Shown: piece by piece, positions 1 through 9,297 of the stretch
Layout of the letters: each line of letters starts with the position of its first letter
Position numbering within the stretch: position 1 is the first letter of the stretch
DNA from: Desulfatiglandales bacterium
GTDB taxonomy: Bacteria; Desulfobacterota; DSM-4660; Desulfatiglandales; Desulfatiglandaceae
Reading direction: 5' to 3'
DNA: 64,000 nucleotides
NCBI GenBank assembly: GCA_963662465.1
Contig: OY759599.1
Location: forward strand, 2,656,001 to 2,720,000
The notes under the pieces: model-generated
Database searches by the model: none
What the model was told of the DNA's origin: nothing
Seen by the model: only the letters and a program-made list of their open reading frames with translations
Translations under genes and position numbers: made by a program

Positions 1-2267
1 TCGAAGCAGGGCTGATTCTTCGCGAATTACAAGCGAGGCGAGACCTTCGATCGATTCTAATTATTTGCCCACGCCCTCTAATAACTGAGCGAAAATGGTA
101 TATCGAAATGAAACGGTTTGAAGAACGTTTCACACATCTCGATGGTGGCACATTGAGGTACTGCATTAATGAGATGGATCTGGAAGGAATTTGGCCTGAG
201 CAATACCAGCGAGTGATTATCCCCTATTCTTTGTTCGATGAAATTTTGCTATACGGCTCTAAGCCTGGCGGCAAGCGAAAGCCTAAAAAAGGGCTCCTGG
301 ACCTGGACCCACCTCCGCGTTTCGATCTCGTTATCGTGGACGAAGCACACCACATTCGGAATCAGGATACTTTTAGCCATAAAGCGGTAAGATTTTTCTG
401 TGATCATGCCGAAGCAGTCGTTTTCCTCTCGGGCACTCCCATTCAACTCGGTAATTATGACCTGTTTGTTTTGCTCAACACACTCCGCCCCGATCTCATT
501 ATTAATATTGAGAGCTTCGAACATATGGCGGAGCCCAATCCGTTCATAAATAGCGCTGTGAACTTTGCACGCTCTCAAGAACCCGAATGGACCGTTCGTG
601 CCACTGAAGCTCTTGGCCAGGCCGCCTCGACTTCCTGGGGTCAGGCCATTCTTAGAAACAACCCCGAGTTCGATCGAATACGAAAGCGGCTCATCAGAGG
701 TGACGTGGCATTAGAGGAACGGGTACAGATAATTACGGACCTTGAAGCGTTGCACACCTTCTCAGGAATAATCAACCGAACACGACGCTGTGATATCGGG
801 AATTTTACAATACGCAAACCGGAGACGGTGGTTGTTGAATTCACGCCGGAGCAAAAAAGCCTACATGACGATCTGCTGAAAATTCAGATCGAGATATTCA
901 GTCGACTGCATAACGACGTCAATGTCAAGTTCATGATGACAACGATCAGACGCCAAGCGGCGAGCTGTCTTTTTGGCCTTGTCCCCTTCCTCGAAGACAT
1001 ACTCAATCGTCATCTTGATGAATTGCACTGGGAAGAAGCCGACAATATGGATTCGGTGCCCCGGACTGATACAATTGACAGTATTGAGTCCCAAATCCAA
1101 TCCATACTTGATCAAGCGCGCATACTGGACCCTTACGATCCGAAGCTCGATTCTTTACGGAAAATCATCCGAGACAAGCAGGTTTTGTCAAACAACAAGG
1201 TTATGCTTTTCAGCAGTTTCCGCCATACCCTTCACTATCTTTTCGAGCATCTTCGGGCTGATGGTTTACGAGTCGGCTTGGTTCATGGCGGAACCCCGGA
1301 TGAAGAGCGTGTAGATCTGCGACGCCGTTTTGGACTTTCCAAAGAACAAGAAGATGCCGTCGATGTGTTGTTGTTTTCTGAAATCGGCTGTGAAGGCCTT
1401 GATTACCAATTCTGTGATTCCATTGTAAATTATGACCTTCCATGGAATCCCATGCGGGTTGAACAGCGGATCGGCCGAATCGATAGAAACGGGCAAAAAA
1501 GCGAGAGTGTTGCCATTTACAACCTTATTACGCCGGGCACTGTCGATGCAGATATCTATGAACGCTGTCTTGTTCGCATCGGTGTGTTTAACAACGCCTT
1601 GGGAGGCAGCGAGGAAATCCTCGGGGGAATAACACGAGAGATCAGAAACATCGCGGAAAATTTTCACCTTACTGATGAGGAGCGCAGATCAAAGCTTCAG
1701 CAGTTGTCAGACAACGAGGTTCGGTTGGTACAGGAACATGAAAAACTTGAACAGCACCAGTTGGAACTTTTTGGCATTCGCCTTCCTGAAGATCAAATGA
1801 AAAAAGAAATTGAGGATGCGTCAAGTTTCTGGTTGTCACCTGAATCATTACAAAGACTTATCCATCTCTATCTTCAGGAAACTTGCGGTAAAGACCAAGA
1901 ATTCATACTTGGTGAAAAGCCTCTTAAAACACTCCGTCTTTCACAAAAATCACGATCCGCTATTCTCCGGGCCTTCCGAGTACTTCCCCGTCAAACCACA
2001 ACCGCTTATCGGGAATGGGAAACCTGGCTCAAGGGAGGAAATCCCCACCTGCTCGTAACCTTCGAGTCCGAATGCGCGTCACAGAACCCAGAAGCTGCCT
2101 TCATAATGCCTCTTCACCCATTAGTGAAGCAGGCGGCCATGTCATTTGACTGGAAGAAACGAGTCGTAACGACACTAAAGATAAACAGCGACGAAGTTCC
2201 GGCCGGCAATTATAAATTCGCGATCTATCAATGGAAATTCCACCAGAAACGCAGACGGCGTTGCTGA
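1..2267 (+). CDS. SNF2-family helicase/ATPase (RapA/DrmD-like); 5' end outside the window, 3' end probably truncated
   Basis: Frame is open from nt 3 (EAGLILRELQARR..IICP). Motifs: DEAH box (VIVDEAHH), LSGTP, EGLDYQ, NYDLPWNPMRVEQRIGRIDR. Ends abruptly in FHQKRRRRC where another reading frame takes over. Confidence 0.9.
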   Translation, partial: EAGLILRELQARRDLRSILIICPRPLITERKWYIEMKRFEERFTHLDGGTLRYCINEMDLEGIWPEQYQRVIIPYSLFDEILLYGSKPGGKRKPKKGLLDLDPPPRFDLVIVDEAHHIRNQDTFSHKAVRFFCDHAEAVVFLSGTPIQLGNYDLFVLLNTLRPDLIINIESFEHMAEPNPFINSAVNFARSQEPEWTVRATEALGQAASTSWGQAILRNNPEFDRIRKRLIRGDVALEERVQIITDLEALHTFSGIINRTRRCDIGNFTIRKPETVVVEFTPEQKSLHDDLLKIQIEIFSRLHNDVNVKFMMTTIRRQAASCLFGLVPFLEDILNRHLDELHWEEADNMDSVPRTDTIDSIESQIQSILDQARILDPYDPKLDSLRKIIRDKQVLSNNKVMLFSSFRHTLHYLFEHLRADGLRVGLVHGGTPDEERVDLRRRFGLSKEQEDAVDVLLFSEIGCEGLDYQFCDSIVNYDLPWNPMRVEQRIGRIDRNGQKSESVAIYNLITPGTVDADIYERCLVRIGVFNNALGGSEEILGGITREIRNIAENFHLTDEERRSKLQQLSDNEVRLVQEHEKLEQHQLELFGIRLPEDQMKKEIEDASSFWLSPESLQRLIHLYLQETCGKDQEFILGEKPLKTLRLSQKSRSAILRAFRVLPRQTTTAYREWETWLKGGNPHLLVTFESECASQNPEAAFIMPLHPLVKQAAMSFDWKKRVVTTLKINSDEVPAGNYKFAIYQWKFHQKRRRRC

Positions 2268-2556
2268 GAACTATTTCGAGGCGTGTATTTCATATGGTAA
2301 CGCCAGTTATCTTAACGACGCAGGTAATATGCTTTGTGTCAGTGCTGATACTATGGCCAAATTCAAGCATGCAAGTGTTCGATTTTTAGAAAGAATTGAA
2401 GATGTAATCGAAATATTCAAGGCAAATGGCGAATCATCAGAAAGCATATCTGTAGAAGTGCAGATAGCAGGCGAAAAGCGCGTCATTCAATGGAGTCAGC
2501 GTCATTTTATGCGAGTCGAAGCGGCATTCAAGGGGTTACTGTGGCCGGCTTGCTGA
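2242..2556 (+). pseudogene. internal fragment of an unidentified gene
   Basis: Frame +1 is open from ~2242 (TRNADGVAENYFEAC...) through the 75-aa ORF. It has no RBS and overlaps both neighbours. Confidence 0.35.
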
Positions 2557-3143
2557 TGTTCGGCAAGGAGGAAGCTCTGCGCGAAGCACTGCCCCAGTAT
2601 CATGTGGATTATAGGGAAAAGCTTTCCGATGACCCGGAGATCCGATGGACGGATCGTTTCACCATTGACGGCACATGGGCGGGAAACCTCTTCCATTTCT
2701 ATTTGCGGGTAATTCAAAGACTGTCAGCGGATTTGAAACTCCCGTTCCAACTCGACACCGACCTCTTCCGCAAAGGGGAGACGGTCGTACACGAAGCGAT
2801 CCGCGAAACCTTGGTCAATGCCCTGATTCATGCCGATTATCAAGGCATGGGGGGCATCGTGGTTGAAAAACATCGGGAACGTCTGGAATTTTCCAATCCG
2901 GGATCCCTGCTGATTTCGTTCGATCAACTCCTGCGCGGCAATGTCAGCGAATGCCGCAATAAGTTTCTGCAAACCATGTTCATGATGATCGGCGCGGGAG
3001 AAAAGGCTGGGTCCGGGGTTGATAAAATCCGACGGGGGTGGGCGTCGCAACATTGGCGCGACCCCATAGTGACGGAGCAGGTTCAGCCCGATAGGGTGCA
3101 ATAGATACTTCCCATGATGAGCATGATCCCTGAAGAGACATGA
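2490..3143 (+). pseudogene. fragment of an ATP-binding transcriptional-regulator-like protein (AlbA_2/HATPase_c_4 family), N-terminus missing
   Basis: Motifs TVAGLLMFG, AIRETLVNALIHADY, FSNPG, CRN, GEKAGSGVDKI. An in-frame TAG at 3102-3104 is followed by ILPMMSMIPEET and a second stop. Confidence 0.8.
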
Positions 3144-3238
3144 ATGAGCCAACCACACCCCCTGTACTTCAAAACCAATCACGCCATCCGCCCCAAAAGT
3201 CAGGTGAAAATAACTCAGCTCCCCGGATTGCCGCCGGA

Positions 3239-4921
3239 TCACTTGTCCAGGATGTAAACGGTTCCCATGTTTGCGTCCACCTTCACCCTCTGTCCCGACC
3301 GGATCTTGGCGGTGCCTTCGAACACATTCATAACCACGGGAATACCGTACTCACGACCCGCGATGGCCGCGTGAGACAGGCTGCCCCCGCGATCCACGAT
3401 AACCCCCTTGATCATGCTGAATACGGGCGTCCAACTGGGAGACGTACCGGCCGCCACCAGGATGTCCCCTTCCTCGATCAGACCCAGTTTATCTTCGCTC
3501 ATGATCACACGGGCCGTACCCTCGGCCACTCCGGGCGACCCGCAGGCGCCGTAGAGATCCGCCTTCAATTCGGGCCTCACCTGGGGCATGGCGCCCACCA
3601 CCACCTTGAGTGCAATGGGGTCATTGCTCTTGACCAGAACCGCCATGGCCTGATCCAGGTCGAACCCTTCCTTGAGCAGGGCCGGCGGGTTGGGATTCTT
3701 GCACCACCCTTCCCATTCCGCTTTTCTTCGCGCCACAACATGACGCATATTAAACTGATCCGGATTGATGCCGGCCCGGCGCACTTCATCCGGCTGAAGG
3801 AAAAAGATGTCCTCGGCATCATCGATGGCCCCTTCCCGGACCCAGCGCCTGCCCAGGCCCAGGGCGCTTCGTCTCATCATGGCGTGGGTGTAGAGATCCA
3901 GATAATGGTCATGCTCCTCACTGAAAACGCCGCTCTTCTGGGCCAAGCGCATCAGTTTCGTAAACCACCTTCGCTGTTCCCGGGGCACCTTTTCAAGGAC
4001 CTCTTTTTCAGCCTTCACCCTGGCCTCGGAAACCTTGGCCCTTTCCGCCTCCAGATTGAAATCACCGCCCTTTTGCAGGAACTGCTTCACGCTCATCAAG
4101 GCCGGGGTGGGATCTTCCACCCATGTGGGCATGTTCATCTCGCTCATACGCTGCATGCGCCACCCGTCCTCGTCCATGAACTCGGAAAAATCCTTCATGA
4201 AAGCCCGGCCTTTGTCACCGGCCTCCAGTCTGGATTTAATGCCTTCCAACGCGCCTTCCAGAAATTCGCTTTCAAGGCCGTCTTCCCGGGCGCGTTTGGA
4301 GAACTCCCACAAGCGCTTGTCAACCTGGAACACCTTGTTGTCAAAACCCGAAACCAAATGATGAAACTGAGGAGAAGTGTCGTCGATTCCCGCCAGTTCC
4401 CGACACATGTTTTCAAAAAGGATATAGGCGGTGTAGGCGCCGTACATCATATACATGTGGATTTCCCACATACGACGGCAGGTGTTGATGGTTTCTTCGA
4501 AATTATCCAGCAGTTCCAGGTTTTCGGCCGTGTCCGGAACCCGCTTTTTCAGTTCTTCATAACGACCCAGCATTTCCTTTATAAAACCATTCCACAAGCC
4601 GTCATAGTCCTGGATAAAGGGGAGAATGGCCGTTCGAAATTTCTTTTCCCGGCGCTGCTTTTCCGCCTCGCTTTTGACCACCAGAAGGGTCAGGTAGCCA
4701 CCGCCGTTATGAAAACGCCAATCCCAGCCTTTGACCGTCGGCAGACTGAGTTTTTCGGCCCCATACTGCATTCCGTGACGACAAAAGTTCACCCAGAACC
4801 ACCCGAACATGGGGGTCCATGGGGGCACCGAATGGGTGCCGTCCAGAAACCAGGCAGGCGATTGTTCAAAGTCGCTTTCCGGATCAAATTCCAATCCCGG
4901 CGCCACATCATACACTTTCAT
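3239..4921 (-). CDS. PEP-utilizing enzyme, substrate domain plus phospho-His swivel domain (phenylphosphate synthase subunit A-like), copy 1
   Basis: C-terminal GGSLSHAAIAGREYGIP phospho-histidine motif; no ATP-grasp domain and no pyruvate barrel; AGGAGG RBS upstream. Confidence 0.85.
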   Translation of the reverse strand: MKVYDVAPGLEFDPESDFEQSPAWFLDGTHSVPPWTPMFGWFWVNFCRHGMQYGAEKLSLPTVKGWDWRFHNGGGYLTLLVVKSEAEKQRREKKFRTAILPFIQDYDGLWNGFIKEMLGRYEELKKRVPDTAENLELLDNFEETINTCRRMWEIHMYMMYGAYTAYILFENMCRELAGIDDTSPQFHHLVSGFDNKVFQVDKRLWEFSKRAREDGLESEFLEGALEGIKSRLEAGDKGRAFMKDFSEFMDEDGWRMQRMSEMNMPTWVEDPTPALMSVKQFLQKGGDFNLEAERAKVSEARVKAEKEVLEKVPREQRRWFTKLMRLAQKSGVFSEEHDHYLDLYTHAMMRRSALGLGRRWVREGAIDDAEDIFFLQPDEVRRAGINPDQFNMRHVVARRKAEWEGWCKNPNPPALLKEGFDLDQAMAVLVKSNDPIALKVVVGAMPQVRPELKADLYGACGSPGVAEGTARVIMSEDKLGLIEEGDILVAAGTSPSWTPVFSMIKGVIVDRGGSLSHAAIAGREYGIPVVMNVFEGTAKIRSGQRVKVDANMGTVYILDK

Positions 4922-5090
4922 TTTTTTCCTCCTTTGAAAACATGTTTTCGGAAAACAGAAGTATGTTGGAAAGGTTGAAACCGGAAAAGTATATGAACAA
5001 TTGATATCGGTTGCGGATGAATCCGGCCAAGAACACGCATTCAGGCGTATTCGCGTGCTCCTCAGCCTCTTGTGTTATTATCAATAAAAT

Positions 5091-5190
5091 GTAACAGCTC
5101 AAAAAAACAGGAGTACTTTAAGGCTCACGCCTGAAATCCTTATTCGGAGTTTACCCGTAATGCTTTTACCCCGATTTATTGAGCTGTTAC
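5091..5190. mobile_element. 100-bp MITE-like element with terminal inverted repeats and an 8-bp target duplication
   Basis: Ends GTAACAGCTCAA...TTGAGCTGTTAC (15 of the first 16 nt match). AATAAAAT directly repeated at 5083-5090 and 5191-5198. Confidence 0.8.
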
Positions 5191-5216
5191 AATAAAATCC
5201 TGTTCCTCATGCCCCG

Positions 5217-7022
5217 TTATTTATCCAGTATGTAGATTGCCCCATTGGTGGCATCCACCTTTATCCGTTGCCCGGTTTTAATCTTTTCGCAGGCAACGAA
5301 GCTGTTTATTATAGTGGGCAATCCATATTCCCTACCGATGATAGCAGTGTGGGAAAGTGTTCCGCCTCTATCCCCGATAATCGCCGCGGCTATCCCAAAG
5401 ACAGGGGTCCAGGATGGAGAGGTGCCGGGGCACACCAGGATTTCACCCGGCTTAAATTTACCAAGATCCTCGTAGTTTATTATCACTCGGGCAATTCCCT
5501 CGGCCTCGCCCGGGCATCCACAAATACCCATAATATCAGCATTAAGGTCCGGTCTCGATGCAGGCAAATCACCAATGATGATCTTGACCGCAATGGGGTC
5601 TAATGCCGGGAGCATATCCTCGCCTACCGCCTCTTCAAATCCACCGGGACGGTCGGTATAAACAGGCGGCCTCCATTCGCCTTCATTTTCAAACTTGCTT
5701 ACCCATCCCTCCCAGTCAGCACGACGTCTCCTTGTTATCCACCGCAAATCATTCATGTGCGGCAAAAGTATGGTACTTTCGATCTCCCATGGGTTCAGCA
5801 TAAAAACATCGTCAGCTTGGTCTATGGCGCCTCCTTCAACAAGCTTCTTCCCGATCGCAAGGTAGCCTCTACGCATTATTGCCTGGATCGTCATTTCGCA
5901 AAAGAGGTCGTGCTCTTCACTGTACACGGTGGCACATTGACCCAGTTTGATCAAGGAGCTGAACCACGCCTTATCCTGGGGTGGAACCCTGTCAAGCATC
6001 TCTTTGACCGCCTTCTCCCTTTTTACTGAGAGTTCCCTTCTTTTCACATCAAGGATGTATTCCTCATCAGCCACTGTACCCCCTGATATGAGGTCTTTTA
6101 TTACCGCTATCGGGGCACTTGGTTTCTCCAGCCAGTAGGGATCAACAAGGTCATTCATACGCACTACCCGCCATCCACGAACCTGCAGGAAGTCCATGAA
6201 TGTTTTTAACCAGTCCTTTCCCTTAGCGTCTTTCTCCAGCGTGGGGATGATAGCCTCAGCATCATTCTCCTTAAAGATATCACTGAGCCCCATCTCAACA
6301 GCCTGCTTGCCTAATAGCCATAACTCTTTGTCGACTTTATATATCTCGTTGTCAAACCCCCTCATCATATCCTGGAATTCAGCCGACTGGTCATTTAGAT
6401 CAAAACGTTTCTTGCACTCCTCCTCAAGGATTATCCAGGCGGAATAGGAGGTCTGCATCCCAAAGAAGTGAATCTCCCACATCGTCCTATAGGCCGCATC
6501 AAGATCCCAACTATGATGCAACAGGTCAAGGCCCGACGCCTTGTCGGGATCAAATTCAATGAGAGACTTATACATATCTAATAGCTTTTTTTTGTTTTTT
6601 TCCCAAATGCCATTAAAATCCTCGATGTACGGGCGTATCGCCTCAGTAAATTTAGCCTCCCGTTGTTTTTTCTCTTCTTCATCTCTGATAACAAGGAAGG
6701 CCACATAAAGACCGCCATCCTTATACCGCCACTCCCAGCCATGGCAAGTAGGCAGGCTCAACGCTGTATTAACCCACTTATTGCCAATGCCGCAATGCCT
6801 AGCCCAGAGATAACCATATAAAGGCGTTACCGGCGGTGAGGAATGTGTCCCATCAAGGAACAATGAGTGAAACATAGGCATATCAACCTCAGGGATAAGG
6901 TCATATCCTGGAGCCATATCCCATATGGCATTCTCCGTTTTGGGCTTTTCAGTTTCCCATTTTTTCCACCTGTCCTCAGGCGATAAATCACCATATGTAC
7001 TCGGCTTTCCATGCTCAGACAT
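5217..7022 (-). CDS. phenylphosphate synthase subunit A-like protein, copy 2
   Basis: GGTLSHTAIIGREYGLP. Shares FLDGTHS.PP.TP, LSLPT..GW.WR, MWEIH, GFDN and SEEHD blocks with 3239-4921. Confidence 0.85.
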   Translation of the reverse strand: MSEHGKPSTYGDLSPEDRWKKWETEKPKTENAIWDMAPGYDLIPEVDMPMFHSLFLDGTHSSPPVTPLYGYLWARHCGIGNKWVNTALSLPTCHGWEWRYKDGGLYVAFLVIRDEEEKKQREAKFTEAIRPYIEDFNGIWEKNKKKLLDMYKSLIEFDPDKASGLDLLHHSWDLDAAYRTMWEIHFFGMQTSYSAWIILEEECKKRFDLNDQSAEFQDMMRGFDNEIYKVDKELWLLGKQAVEMGLSDIFKENDAEAIIPTLEKDAKGKDWLKTFMDFLQVRGWRVVRMNDLVDPYWLEKPSAPIAVIKDLISGGTVADEEYILDVKRRELSVKREKAVKEMLDRVPPQDKAWFSSLIKLGQCATVYSEEHDLFCEMTIQAIMRRGYLAIGKKLVEGGAIDQADDVFMLNPWEIESTILLPHMNDLRWITRRRRADWEGWVSKFENEGEWRPPVYTDRPGGFEEAVGEDMLPALDPIAVKIIIGDLPASRPDLNADIMGICGCPGEAEGIARVIINYEDLGKFKPGEILVCPGTSPSWTPVFGIAAAIIGDRGGTLSHTAIIGREYGLPTIINSFVACEKIKTGQRIKVDATNGAIYILDK

Positions 7023-7111
7023 TTTTCTTCCTCCGTTTTCTAAGGTTTATTTTATCCGCTCGTTCTCGCCTTTTTCCCGTCAACTCATAGCAATCGCCTC
7101 CTCTTATCCCT

Positions 7112-8692
7112 TTAGAACCTGAATTGTATGTTTTTTAGCTTTTTTTTGGCCTCTGACAAGTCAATTTGCTTAAACCCGGTTACTAACTTTTGAGCAAGTT
7201 GGTCAGTAACTGACGCCGACTTTTTTACTGCCACCTTTGCCGCGCGAGTTTGAAGGTAAAATATATTTTGGGGAAACGGGAGATCTTTGTCAATAGCCCA
7301 TTCCATATCCTGCGCACAACCCGCGGTTTCCTCTAAGAACTTGGCTATTTTAGCGATTTCTTTAATCTCTTCATCACTTATGGAGGCTAAGCTTTTCATA
7401 TTTTCAGGCACTTCGGTCCACTCAGCGCCCGTTTCCGTATTCATCACACACTTTTCTTTCTTACCCACATGCTTCGTAATTATTTCAAGCGTCTCTTTAT
7501 CCACAACGAACCCATCGATACTCTCTGTTCCGCTCACGACGCCTTCCCCCAGGCCCCAGTTGGATTCAATAATAATTTTTGAGGCGTCGCCGTTGACGGG
7601 GTTTACCGTAAAACCAATTCCTGAAGCCCGGGCATTAACCATCTTGGGGATGGCAACCCCCAGTTCATCTCCGAGAACGGGAAGATCTTTATTTACCCTA
7701 AATGCAATCCCCCGCGGCGTATAAGCACTGGACCAGACCATTTTTATCTTATCCAGAACATCGTCTATACCGCTCACATTGAGAAAGGTTTCAAACATAC
7801 CCGGCCTGCTTGCCGTCCCTGCCGACCTAACTGAGACGGCCATATCAGGGAGCCCCGCCTTTTCACAGAGGTCACTGTAGTAAACCGTTATGGTATCTTT
7901 AATATCCGGGGGCATATCTTTGGCCTCTATTATGCCCCGAATGGTCTTGCTGATCTTTTCAAACTCCCCTATACCTTTACCTTTAAATTCACCAAGATCC
8001 TTTGCATAGCGTAATATTTCCTCAGATGCGCCGGTTTCGCGGATGAATCTTCGGTATGTATCTATGGAAATCACAAAACCAGGCGGCACAGGGACACCCA
8101 TACGCGTCATTTCTCCAAGATTTGCACACTTTTTCCCGACGATATCATTATATTCAGTTCCTATTTCCTCAAACCAAAGACATAAATTTTTTTTTATTTT
8201 TGTCTTCTGAAGAGACTGTTCAAAATCTTTAAAAAATTTATCTTTCTCTTTCCAATCAGCACCAAACCGATCATCAAAATATGGCGTCAACCGATCAAAA
8301 GAGTTAAGCCACCATAATCGTTTGCCTCCTCCGAGAACGACATCTTCGAGCAACTCTTTGAGTTCCAACATCAATTCCTTGGGCAAAAAAGAGATAGCCC
8401 CAAGTTCGATAGATTTTTTAAGTGCCTCGGGCGTCATTGCATGGGCCGTAAGCATAACCGTTGGAAAGCCTCTTAAATCGGAGATTTTCAGGAGTTCAAA
8501 TCCATTAACGCCCATAATATCTAAGACTACCGCATCATAGCGATTACTCGAAAGAAATTGTACAGCAGTACTGTAATCAACAGCCTTATGAACGGTGCAT
8601 ATATCCAGAAGTTCCTCCACTGAATCGAGGATATCCGGTTCATCGTCAACGACCAGAATGAGCTTGTTTTTTAAAGGACTTCCTGTACTCAT
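7112..8692 (-). CDS. receiver domain fused to a PEP-synthase N-terminal ATP-binding domain (phenylphosphate synthase subunit B-like)
   Basis: N-terminus ILVVDDE..VLDIMG..MLTAH..FLPK. C-terminus VGKKCANLGEM, VPPGF, VSVRS, WGLGEGVVSG, QDMEWAID, LQTR. One continuous frame. Confidence 0.85.
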   Translation of the reverse strand: MSTGSPLKNKLILVVDDEPDILDSVEELLDICTVHKAVDYSTAVQFLSSNRYDAVVLDIMGVNGFELLKISDLRGFPTVMLTAHAMTPEALKKSIELGAISFLPKELMLELKELLEDVVLGGGKRLWWLNSFDRLTPYFDDRFGADWKEKDKFFKDFEQSLQKTKIKKNLCLWFEEIGTEYNDIVGKKCANLGEMTRMGVPVPPGFVISIDTYRRFIRETGASEEILRYAKDLGEFKGKGIGEFEKISKTIRGIIEAKDMPPDIKDTITVYYSDLCEKAGLPDMAVSVRSAGTASRPGMFETFLNVSGIDDVLDKIKMVWSSAYTPRGIAFRVNKDLPVLGDELGVAIPKMVNARASGIGFTVNPVNGDASKIIIESNWGLGEGVVSGTESIDGFVVDKETLEIITKHVGKKEKCVMNTETGAEWTEVPENMKSLASISDEEIKEIAKIAKFLEETAGCAQDMEWAIDKDLPFPQNIFYLQTRAAKVAVKKSASVTDQLAQKLVTGFKQIDLSEAKKKLKNIQFRF

Positions 8693-8832
8693 TGTTTTTT
8701 ACCTCCCTATCATGCATTCCAAGATATTCCATCCCATCAACTTAAGGGTTTAGCCGGACTTTCAACACCGATGACTACCTTTTCTCCTAACCCGGACAAG
8801 CCGGAACCATACAGATTTGAAAAGTTGAAATG

Positions 8833-9201
8833 TCAATCATCAACCAAGATCAAGGCGCCCGGATCACACCATTTCACACACTGGGGGTCCGGCGGGTCCC
8901 CGCAAAAATCACACTTGAGGGGAATTCCCGTATCCGGTTCTTTAAAGGCGGACTTGACCGGGCAGGAGGCCCGGCAAACCACGCACCCATTCACCTCCAC
9001 ACCGTTGATAATATAGTTTTCCTTTGAGTTGCAGCCTGCTTCCGTGTAGGGGCCCGCAATCACCGGGAAACAGACCTCTTCTTTCACAAACACACGAATC
9101 CGGGATCGCTGTGGATTCACGGCTCCCGTATGCTGCAACGAACACGCCACCTGGCACAGCCGACATCCGGTACATTTGGCATAGTCGATTTTAATTCTCA
9201 T
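8833..9201 (-). CDS. 4Fe-4S protein, BamC-like partner of the AOR-family enzyme
   Basis: CxxCxxCxxxC, CxxCRASCP, EPDTGIPLKCDFC and CVKWC. Start reassigned to ATG 9201 (GGGGAGGG upstream); the longer ORF only translates a repeat. Confidence 0.85.
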   Translation of the reverse strand: MRIKIDYAKCTGCRLCQVACSLQHTGAVNPQRSRIRVFVKEEVCFPVIAGPYTEAGCNSKENYIINGVEVNGCVVCRASCPVKSAFKEPDTGIPLKCDFCGDPPDPQCVKWCDPGALILVDD

Positions 9202-9219
9202 GGGTTGCCCTCCCCTGAT

Positions 9220-9297
9220 GATTGTTGATTGGTGATTGTTGATTGTTGATTGTCGATTGAGAAACGCCGAGTATAAAAATACCAATCATCAATCATC
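9220..9297. repeat. intergenic heptamer array (GATTGTT-like x6) with inverted CAATC copies
   Basis: GATTGTT GATTGGT GATTGTT GATTGTT GATTGTC GATTGAG, then CAATCATCAATCATC. Confidence 0.85.

Noticed and set aside
3140..4978. 612-aa plus-strand ORF
   Set aside because: Antisense shadow of the ppsA-like gene with no recognisable motifs. The same applies to 9310-10617, 16262-17299, 44954-46129 and 57033-58025.
8783..8812. CCTAACCCGGACAAGCCGGAACC as a mobile-element end
   Set aside because: It looks like a dispersed repeat, but there is only one copy in the window and no partner end or target duplication.
9202..9285. N-terminal extensions with NRQSTINNHQST / DRQSTIHNQQSS (also 16200-16283)
   Set aside because: These are translations of heptamer arrays; better starts with an RBS lie downstream.
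9220..9297. Possible CRISPR array in the short repeats
   Set aside because: The units are 7 bp with no unique spacers, and there are no cas genes.
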